NCBI GenBank assembly: GCA_965235115.1
Contig: OZ249439.1
Location: 18,538,001-18,602,000, forward strand
Direction: 5' to 3'
From: Laetmonice hystrix
Lineage: Eukaryota
Length of the DNA stretch: 64,000 bases
Positions within the stretch are counted from its first letter, which is position 1. Each line of letters opens with the position of its first letter. This document shows positions 26,515 to 36,700 of this stretch, piece after piece. The notes under the pieces are model-generated. The model worked only from the letters and a program-made list of their open reading frames with translations, ran no database searches and was not told the origin of the DNA. The position numbers were made by a program, and so were the translations under genes.

Positions 26515-28097
26515 GTAAGTCATGGTGAAAATGTTTACTCGAAATCACAAAATCTCATCATTTATGTTGACAATAATCCCAAAGTTACGGTACTGCTGTA
26601 ACAAATCAGTCCATTTATTCGGGGGAGGGGGAGTTATAATTCTACTTAATCATATGGATACGTCAGCAAATATCTGAATGATGAAACATTATCCCTTATT
26701 ACAACAGTTTTGTGTTCCCGTTGCATCAAATAATTGGGGGCTTTGATGGTTTGGTCTTGGACTGGTCTATAGTTAGGAGAGAATTAATGAGAGAAATTAG
26801 AGAAAGGGGCAGTGGGACAGTAAAGGTGCACACGCGGAGATCTGATTGTGTATGTGACCCTGAGCGAGGGAGCACCTCTTGACAATGAGTGATAAATGTA
26901 ACTCGGCAAAGTGAAGGTTAGCCCAAGGCAAGCGGCGCCTGCCATTCATGAGATCACTGGCCCACCGCCTTGATTAATACATGTCATGCTATCCGGCTTC
27001 CAATATCTGCAAACCTTTCCTGCAGAGTAGCCTTGCTGCCTACACCAGCCTCGACACTGGATCTCACCTTCAGATCTTATCTTTCTCGCTTCCCATGACC
27101 TGTTATCTTGACCTGATGGCAGGCCACTGTTCGGCTTGGCTTTGAAAGGCAGGGTTCCAGCATCCCTATTGTAATGAATTATTTCTGTGGCCACATGGGT
27201 CTGTCTTGTGTTCCAGCGGTTATTGTGCGGCCCTCCTAACCCGTTGGCATCGTGAGATCTGTATTCATGTTATATATGTCGTAGGGCAAGCATAAGTCAG
27301 ACCCATACCAGGGCGGCATAGGGTGATTTAATGTTCTTGCTACCATTTAAATAAGCTAGCATTTGACACTATTAGAAGGTCAGTCATCCTTTAGTTTGCT
27401 CTCGCTATCACAGCATTTCCAAGAAGATCTTCCGGTATTTCTGGTATCAAGGTTTTCATGACATGTCGTATCATGATTAATATGAAAAAGATGAATCACC
27501 AAGATACCTTGATCCCAGTGTCGGTTATTGCCATCAAGGTTGATGGGGTCAGAATGTATTCCATGATGTGTGTTTATGTTGTTCCCTACGCGGTAACTAC
27601 TTTATGCGTACAATCGGCCACAACAGACCTCATAAATTGGACGTTGGTCCTCGCATGGATGATGCGGTGCGCCACTGTTGATATACTGATATGGGGCAAG
27701 ACAAATAGGGATTTGTAGCATAGGGCAGCACCTGGTGTGCTCTGGGTTCTGCTGAAATATTTAGTGGCTACTTATGGTCACACAATAGGATGGTGCTTGT
27801 TGGTGGTTAGGCTTTATCGGTGGGCTCTTCTGGGTCAGCAAACAATGTTAAGCCGTACTTTAGGCTCTCGCACATAGCTTGTGGGCGGCCAAACTAGTCC
27901 CTGTTTTCCCATTCTAGACAAAACATTTTGATCCACCAGTGTCCACTACACGGGTGGACTTTATTAATAAGGGCGGAAGACATAAAATTGCCTTCGACGA
28001 GGTCAATGGGTCAGCTGGTGGATTGCTGCTAATAAGCCTTGATAACACTGGCCTTCCTGGCGCTCTGCCTTATGATTTGTTTCTCAATTTGTGATCG

Positions 28098-28111
28098 ATT
28101 GCCATGGTAAC
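28098..28111. promoter_or_regulatory. Near-consensus RFX X-box motif
   Basis: ATTGCCATGGTAAC, one mismatch from GTTGCCATGGTAAC. Confidence 0.25.
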
Positions 28112-29639
28112 TCGTGTCTTTGTAATTAATGCTTGGGCTAGTTTTTGCCCGCTGGGCAGCGGCAGCGGAGTGGAGTGGAGGTATTAGTATTGATGGTGGT
28201 GTATGTGGGGGCTGGGTGATGAAAGGCTTGTTGGATGAGGCTGTAATTGAAACTTACACTTTGATGACGATTCGATGTGTCTACGACGAGTCAGGTTCTC
28301 ACATATCATAAACGCATATATTTAATCTTGAAACTGATATTGATTCTGATGCCCACTCGCACCACAAGGCTGTCATATAAAAATCAATGTTTCCAACTTC
28401 AAACATAACGAATAAAATGCCTGTATAGGTTTCTACTGTTACACAGAATGGTGGTGAAAGTGAGAACCAGTACAGTTAATCAAAGGTTATATTTGTAGTT
28501 GATTTGCTGAGTAGTGTATTACCCGCACATTAATTTTTTTCTTTTTTGAGAATGTTCTTCAATTCCTAATGTTTCTGAATTCCTGGAAGATGGGGTAACG
28601 AAGGATGCAAGCTCCTCAAATAAATCTTTTAGAAATGTTTTTACTTCTAAGAGTCATAGAGACAACGCCGACATTTTGAATTTAAAGATCTGAGTGAAAA
28701 GTCATGCGGCATGAAATCCCGCTTGAGCACGTTTAGTTCACATATCGATAACGAACTGCCATGTAGGCCTAACAGTAATTGCCACAAGGATGCGCCTTGT
28801 TCAGGAAGCGGGGCTGTGAAATATAAGACATTTTCTTGGCACGCTGTTTGGGACGTTCTTTATGAATGGGTTTTACTCAATTACAGCGCAAATGTTACCT
28901 GATATACCATTTTGGGCGCGCTTTCTGTTCATATTTGGCTTTCGCGCTTGCCAGCATAAGACCAGCTGTATGAGGCCAATATCTGGGAGTCTCTTCAACA
29001 GGACAAAAGATTATTTCAACAGCAAGGGTCAATGGTGCTGTTGATGGCGGATTTTGTGGAGAAGCACACAACATTACGAATTGACAAATGGGTAATTGTT
29101 CTCTTTAAGTCAGTCCGGAAGGGTAATTAACGTTTCTTTCTAACTTAAGAAGTTCCCTCTTTCTTGGCTAGGTAATGCATTTCTTGTGAGACATCTGAAC
29201 AACTAATGAAGAGTGTTCTGTGATTACTAATCTTCAGAGGCTTTCAGTGGCTTTCCTCTCTGCAGTTATCCGGTTCTTAATGGAAAACACTGTCTTGTTG
29301 GCATATGTACTTATGTCCCATCTGGTACAATGGATCGCTTATACCTATCCAGTGAAATATAACATGCCTACTCTTGAATGCTGTTACTTCTGATATGACA
29401 AATGGACAAGGGTAACCAGATGAATGTGTATAGACACTGTGTGAGTAACTTTGTTCAGCCAGATGATGTATAACCAACATGTTAGAAGTTCTTATTCGAT
29501 ACCGGTGGGATTTATCGACAAGGAAAGAATAAAGGCCACCGTGTGGTCCTAACGTATGGAGAGGATTTTCTTATGACAGGACAACACAGGCAGGGCAAGT
29601 AGGTTGGCTATTTGTTAGACATTATCATGACGTGCAGAT

Positions 29640-29830
29640 AGAAGAATTATGACGGGCCTTCTTCCTGTGACACAGCTACTGTGTACCGAGAAAATGTCCC
29701 CATGAATATTTCTCTTGTTTCCGTCGGCTAGGATGTGACAGTAAGGGTCCTTTTAAAATTCGTGAGGTCACTGTTTCCTGGAGGCACTGCAATCTCCCTC
29801 GGAGTGATATATTAGTGGTAAATCTGGATT
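29640..29830 (+). mobile_element. Possible decayed Ty3/Gypsy integrase C-terminal (GPF/Y) remnant
   Basis: Frameshifted reads R*KNYDG... then SKGPFKIREVTVSWRHCNLPRSDILVVNLD* resemble Q-K-x-x-Y-D...W-x-G-P-[FY]-x-I...L-P...V-H-V-x-x-L. By eye only. Confidence 0.25.
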
Positions 29831-30281
29831 AATAAACTTTTAGACCAGTGGACTACAATTGATGGTCATCAGTCCACAAGCCAATCTGTGACCTGGCCTT
29901 TGTAAATCCCAGCTGTCAGGAACTGCTCTGCTATCCCTTGGCTGTTGAATGTCAGCGGGGATTTATAGGGTATCAAGGATCAAGAGGGGATTCCCTTGTT
30001 GCCAATCCTTAAATCTTTAACTGCCAAGTCCGCCCAAGTTGTGAATCACGTCTTACCCAGAGTGTCAGCGCGATATAAAATGTCACAGGCCAAATTGTTT
30101 GCAATTAAAAGAAATGTGACAAGGTGGAGAAATAGAAGGTGAATATTGACAAGCATCTTTTCATTTGTTAGCTATATTATGGAAAGCTCTCGGCAACTGC
30201 AATAAATGCAAGATTTTTTCCCAGGTAACCCTTTTGTCAAATGAACGAGTAGAGAAATGTTCTTTTCGTATATTTTTTTAG

Positions 30282-30329
30282 GTATAGCCGTTGTGGATTG
30301 GCCTATACTTGTATCAAGTTACAGAACTG
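30282..30329 (+). other. Candidate symmetric 48-nt exon
   Basis: Strong acceptor TTCTTTTCGTATATTTTTTTAG and consensus donor CTG|GTAAGT. Length is a multiple of 3. Phase-1 reading (G)IAVVDWPILVSSYRT and phase-2 reading YSRCGLAYTCIKLQN are open. Confidence 0.45.
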
Positions 30330-31182
30330 GTAAGTATTATTTCCTTCATATGATAAGCCTATAAGAGTTTAATCTCAGAACGACCGTGGGTGGAGAAGGA
30401 GAGTGTTAGTGTTGGAATAAGTGCGGTTAATCTGATTCATAATGGTATATGACGTTAGCCGACATTTTGAAGATGTTCCTCATTTACTTGACGTGTATTC
30501 AAGAAGATGGGAAGTGAAGATAAGGCTGTATTTATATCTGTGAGTAGACCGGGTTGTAATGTGTGTCCGCTGGGAGACAGGGGTGTAGTCGTTGCCATGG
30601 CCAGTGGTCAGTGGCCTTGTACGGGGTTTACTGATTGCCATACATAAGACAACGGCTCCATTAAGTCGATCTGTACGGATCCATTTAGATCCTTTGGGAC
30701 TATCCGTGACGGGCATCCCAATCCAATCACATGTATCATTTGTATGCACAGCCTGCTAGCCGATTCTTTCATCAGTTTTCATTTTGAATTCTTAAAGGGG
30801 ACAAACTCAAGGGTCTGTCAACGGCAGCTAAGGCTCATGCTTAAAAGGGAACAGACACACTGTAGATGAAATACTACAGAAAGTGTCTAAAATAGGGAGC
30901 CGGTATATAGAAAGTATAATTAACTGAATTCTCTCCAGGATTAAGCTCTGGCTTTTACAACATTCACGTTGCCAGTATTGCAGGTGCATTCATAAAACAT
31001 ATGATCCCACACAAAGTGTTGTTGCAGGTGCCTTGCATGTTGCGTTGCAGTATGGCCCGGTATTGTCATAGCATTCTCCGCACCAGAATCCGCCCTACAA
31101 TAAGGCATGTCAGACCATGTAGAGGTGAGGTTTGATTGGCTGAATCGTGCAGCACTGCCATCCATCATCATATATCACTCAC

Positions 31183-31361
31183 CAGAGGGCCGTGTCAACA
31201 AGGTGTAAAACATGAAGAGAGAAAGTGCGTACCACTCGCTGGCCAGGTTGACCATTGATTGCCAGTGGTAGACACTCATCCCTCCGACACGTAGCCCGTC
31301 TGCTCGACATTGATATCCCATAGCATCCAGTCTCTCTGCAATACCAAATGCCTTGGTCGCC
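31183..31361 (-). CDS. Candidate internal exon (179 nt), product unknown
   Basis: Minus-strand acceptor TTTGCGCTTCTTTTCAG and consensus donor CTG|GTGAGT. Open readings ATKAFGIAERLDAMGYQCRADGLRVGGMSVYHWQSMVNLASEWYALSLFMFYTLLTRPS and GDQGIWYCRETGCYGISMSSRRATCRRDECLPLAINGQPGQRVVRTFSLHVLHLVDTAL. Confidence 0.35.
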
Positions 31362-31763
31362 CTGAAAAGAAGCGCAAACATGCAGTCACCAAGGCGAGCA
31401 TTTTGCCGCACTCAGGGTCTGTCATCTTTATTTCATGAGTCGCACCATTTGTAAGACTGATGGAAACTAAAGTATTCCGTTCCCACCTGGGGTCTCATGC
31501 CACAAGGAAGGGTGGAATTAGCATGAAATGAATTGATGAAATGAGCACGTTGGGCCAGATTTTGAGTATATATACGGTCGATGAAACCTTGATTGTTATG
31601 TATATTGAAGGTATGGATTTATTTATCTCCAGTATGATTGCAGGTAGGCATGCGATCAAGTGTTAGTAAAATATTGTAGGACTGTTGGAATGAAAGTTGA
31701 GCTAACAAAAATAAAAGAACTGTGGCTGAGTGAAAGAAATGGACGACTTCTTGCAGGAATCGA

Positions 31764-33794
31764 TTTTTAGCCCCCACAACGGGGGGCTTATAATTCGACC
31801 TCCGTCCGTCCGTCCGTCCGTCCGTATGTCCGTAGACAGCAATTTCTCAGAAGTGTATGGGTCGATTTCTTTGAAACTTCACACAAGGATCAGGGATGAA
31901 CTGAGGATGATGCACGTCAAACAGATTTTTGATATCATTCAAAATGGCCGCTTGGCGGCCATCTTGGATGTAAACACATTTTGAGCAATAACTTAGCCAA
32001 AACAATCACGATTTCCTTGAAACATGGTGCAGGGATAAGGCATAATGAGGGCCAATATGCATCACAATAAAATTTCAATTCAGATCCAAAATGGCGAGAT
32101 GGCGGCCATATTTGTTTCTTGACCCCCACAATGACACTGTTTTGGCTTATATCTCGAAAACGGTGCAAGATGACGCAATAGTTACTATTATTGATAGATA
32201 GGAAGTCATATATGACGTTTCATTTGGCGCCATTTTCGATGACCTTGAGCGACCTTGAAAGGTCAATCAAGGTCATGCATATTTGCAATAGCCTGGATCT
32301 TCAAAACAGTTAAAGATAACGACATAATCTTGCAAGAAACATTACATAATGATCCGGGACAGTCCACGGATGAGGCAGGTCAAAGATATTTTTGACATCA
32401 GTCAAAATGGCCGCGTGGTGGCCATCTTGGATGTAAACACATTTGGAGTAATAACTCGCACAAAACGATCCCGATTTCTTTCAAATTTGGTGGAAAGAAG
32501 GTGTATATGAGGGGCAATGTATATGCCAATGTATTGGCAGATCAGAGCAAATATGGCGACATGGCGGCCATATTAATATTTTACCCCCCCCCCATAACAC
32601 TGTTTTGGCTCATATCTCGAAAACGGTGCAAGATAAGGCAATAGTTATTATTATTGACAGATAGGAAGTCATATATGACGTTTCATTTGGCGCCATTTTC
32701 GATGACCTTGAGCGACCTTGAAAGGTCAATCAAGGTCATGCATATTTGCAATAGCCTGGATCTTCAAAACAGTTAAAGATAACGACATAATCTTGCATGA
32801 AACATTACATCATGATCCGGGACAGTCCACGGATGAGGCAGGTCAAAGATATTTTTGACATCAGTCAAAATGGCCGCGTGGTGGCCATCTTGGATGTAAA
32901 CACATTTGGAGCAATAACTCAGACAAAACGATCCCGATTTCTTTCAAATTTGGTGGAAAGAAGGTGTATATGAGGGGCAATGTATATGCCAATGTATTTC
33001 CAGATCAGAGGAAATATAGCGACATGGCGGCCATATTAATATTTTACTCCCCCCTCCATAACACTGTTTTAGCTCATATCTCGAAAACGGTGCAAGATAA
33101 GGCAAAAGTTATTATTATTGGTTGATAGGAAGTCATATATGAAGTTTCATTTGGCGTCATTTTCCATGACCTTGAGCGACCTTGAAAGGTCAATCAAGGT
33201 CATGCATATTTTAATAACCTGTACCTCCAAACCAGTTGCAAATAACAACATCTAATCTTGCATGAAACATTACATAATAACCAGGGACAGTCTAAGGAGG
33301 ACACAGGTCAAATATATCATTAAAAATGGCTGCTTGGTGGCCATCTTGGATTTAAAGAAATTCGAAGCAATTTTCTGGATTTAGTTCTTGCTGACAGAAG
33401 GCATGAGGGGCAACAAGCGTGCCAAAAGTACGCATAGTTCCTGGATCCACAGATAATTTGTCCCTACTCAGTTGTTCACGCCGGGTATCGCTATCAAACT
33501 GTACATAACTGACCTCTAAAGGTCAATCGAGGTCAAGCATATCTACAAAACACTTCACGTCGGATCAAACTGTACATAACTGCATAGTTATTGCAGAGAA
33601 AGTGCATCTTCACGCCGGATAACGCTATCAAGCTGTACGTAACTGCATAGAACTTTACTAAGATGCAGACGAAGTACATACGAAGTTTCATTTGACAATA
33701 TCTCCGTTGCCCTTCAAAGATCAATTGAAGTCGTGCATCGTTTTTTCAAGAACCCATAGTTTGTGGTGGGGGCTATAAGCTTCACAAGCTTGTT
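31764..33794 (+). mobile_element. Non-autonomous Helentron-associated element (HINE / DINE-1-like architecture)
   Basis: 5' TTTTTAG start. Subterminal inverted repeat TAGCCCCCAC (31768-31777) / GTGGGGGCTA (33766-33775). 5' hairpin AGCCCCC-ACAACG-GGGGGCT, (TCCG)6 at 31801-31824, central tandem array, 3' hairpin AAGCTT-CAC-AAGCTT (33777-33791), T-rich flanks, no evident TSD or ORF. This order of parts is the established HINE layout. Confidence 0.8.
31924..33350. repeat. About 3 tandem copies of a ~463-bp satellite unit inside the HINE
   Basis: GACCTTGAGCGACCTTGAAAGGTCAATCAAGGTCATGCAT at 32241, 32704 and 33168 (periods 463 and 464). AAAATGGC(C/T)GC..GG(C/T)GGCCATCTTGGA recurs near 31940, 32404, 32866 and 33323. 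Confidence 0.96.
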
Positions 33795-36700
33795 CCTTTT
33801 CAATTACATTTTTGTAAGCTTGCTCTGCCTGCCACTATTAATGAACCTTTCCTTGCAGTATTATATTGAGTTTAATTATGTACAATACATCATGAATCAT
33901 ACGTCCTCCGGCCTAGAAAAGAACTTTGCTAGTTATTGATCAGAGAGAAAGATCAATAGGAGCATCAGCAGCCTAATCTGTTGGGAGCATCGCTTGCACA
34001 GGAAGGACTACTATCGGGGAGCGACCGTTGGAGCCGGTGCAGCACAATTGCCACGATTACCAGAGGCAGCAGGTCCATGGACTTGACCATAGGGGTTCAC
34101 AGCTTCATTAGTGGCCATCAGGGGGACAGCGGCCAGGGCTGACCACAGTGATGACTACACCGCTTCATTACACATGCCTCAAACCATCCTGGCTGTCCTG
34201 TTCACCCAGAGACCTGTTGAATTGTGCTGGTTGCTATTCTTCCATCTCGTTCGGAGTTTCAGTCAAACACTCAGTATCTGGGACGAGTATTTGCCTGTTC
34301 GGACCAGCTTTGGTCGTGGACGTCAGGGATGGAAGGCCAGCAATTTGTGGTTGTATCCGCTCACAGGCCGCAATCAGGCCGTGGGCCATTACTGGAAACA
34401 AAACGGGAAGCGGCAGGAAAAACTAAATGACGGACAGAGAAAATATTTTGGGCTGCCAATGACAGTTCATTTAGTTTTTTTTCGTCGGCCTTATATTAAG
34501 CCGTGAAGAGGGAATTTATAGAGATACATTGTGATCTCGGAAAGTTTGACCGTTTCTGAGGAAATGATGACGTTGTTGTCAGGACAAACAAGTGATTTAG
34601 CGTCTTAGGAAAAACGACAGAAGTAATACATGTATGCTGACAGTAGGCTTGCTTGGTCGTCATAATGACAAGCCGGTATAAAGACTCAACAGTGTTAGAT
34701 GTGTCTTTGTGGGCAAACATTGGTGTTTCATCTGGATACCTTTTTTTACTATTTGCAATGATTTCGTTCTTCCTCGGGTTATTTGGTGTTGATCAATGCG
34801 TAATGCACTTATCCATCAAAGCCTGTCCAATAAGGATAATGACAATGTCCAAAGCAATCCATCATTCCCAAATCAATTAAGCTTGGAACATTATCATAAT
34901 GGAAAGATCATCAGGCTGATTGGAATTGCATCACATTCATTGGCAAAGTGTTAGAAATATAAATGGCGCATTTCTTTACACCCATGTGAAGTAGTTCATG
35001 TTCAGGCCATTTTTGCCAAGTCAGTCCTTTTTTTGGGTGTGTAATGGATCTGTATTCATCAATGTCAGTTTGGGAAGAAGTTGAATTGGGGAGGCGAAAA
35101 CTGAGTCACAAAGGCTGTTGCCATCTTGAGAATCCCCAACGTCTCCTAGATAGTGGACTGGGTGGATGGTATCAGGGTGAGGAACACACACCATTGTAGA
35201 GCAGTTCCTTAAGTTGTGTGGGATCTGCGACTTGTTGGTGATCCCTGAGGTCGTGGATCCTCTGCCCAGTGACATGGGTTGATTTAAATGGCCCATGAGA
35301 TCAATGTCAGATGATTGCTGGCTCCCGACCTGGTCCCTGAGGGAACTTGATTGGTTCTGTCAACTGGCCACTGGTCAAAGCGAGTGACCAATGCGGGCTG
35401 TATCCGTACTGGCAGATGTACCATAACAGGAGCATGTGTGGGAAACCGGCCGACCGAATCTCTGTAGGGTTTGCCCGAGTCCCTCCGCACCATTTACGTA
35501 CCCTTCCAATACATGCGACTGCTCCGTGTCTGCTGTAATGAGACCTAATGCCAAGCCACAATGTCGAGCTACACACTTTATGGACGTCCCTAAGGCATTT
35601 GATGATCGTGGACACAGACCATGCAGACTGGAGTGGTACACCAAGAAGCAGCATTATAGAGAGCCCTATGGCCTTACATAGTTCATCATTTTACACTGTA
35701 AAGTAGCCGTCTTAAAATGCGGCGAATAAGAATGGCGATTATATGCAATATAATTCTTAGAGGAATGAACAGTCTCTTCATTCGACGCCAAAGTTTGTAT
35801 GTTCCATGTATAACCTAGCGGTGAAAGCGTGACTTGTTACACATGCGCTCATTGGTCTACCTGGCCGTGGTCCATCTTTCGAAATAGCAACTAATGGAAC
35901 ATTAAATATTTGTAGCAAATGTACCTCATGGACTAATTACCGAGTTCACTCGGAAACATATATAGCCACCGGGCACTTGACCGTCATAAATTGCTTGTCA
36001 AAATCTGATGACTTTATGAACTTTGAAGTGTGGCCGTTGTTCGTAACCTCCAAGGTGACCTTGAGCCAAGTTTATATTGACCACCCACACTGAAACCTGT
36101 TTGTATCCTCGCTGAGTGTCGTGTTCTTGGTGAGGAAGGGAGGACGGGGGGGGGGCACCCTACCTATGTACATGTATGTGGTGGATACTTTCAGTCGACA
36201 AACGGGCAGTGTCTCCAGCAGGCCTTTGTTGACCTACTGAGTGTCTGACACCTACTATGTAAGTGTCCTCCTACCAGAATGAGGCCAACAAAGAGACGTA
36301 ACTGCCATTGTTCTATCATTATGGCCACCATTCATCATTTGCCTTGTCATGGGCCTAGGGGCTGTGCAGCAGTTTGCCTACCGCCATCCCTAAAAGATGA
36401 TTCTCCAATAGTCTTTTGGCGATTCTTCCCCGTGGACATCGGATCTCACAGAAAAGCACTCCGCCCTGGCAAAATATGTTCCCTCTGCCCCTGTAGGAGT
36501 CCCAGCAATCAATAAAACATTGTTAAATGGATTAGAAATACTTTCTATTCGGCGTATTTCAGTGTGGCTGCATGCCAGAAAAAGGTTTTATTATGGCAAT
36601 AAATCTTTGAACCTAGGGACATGTTTCTACATACTAGGCATGTAACAATTTGTCCTCCACAGGGCATATCGCTAAGCGTGGCTTACATGGACTATCATTG

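Noticed and set aside
35568-35615. HFMDVPKAFDDRGH resembling the non-LTR RT motif LDxSKAFD
   Set aside because: Single motif with no PQG or YADD motif found at the expected distance.
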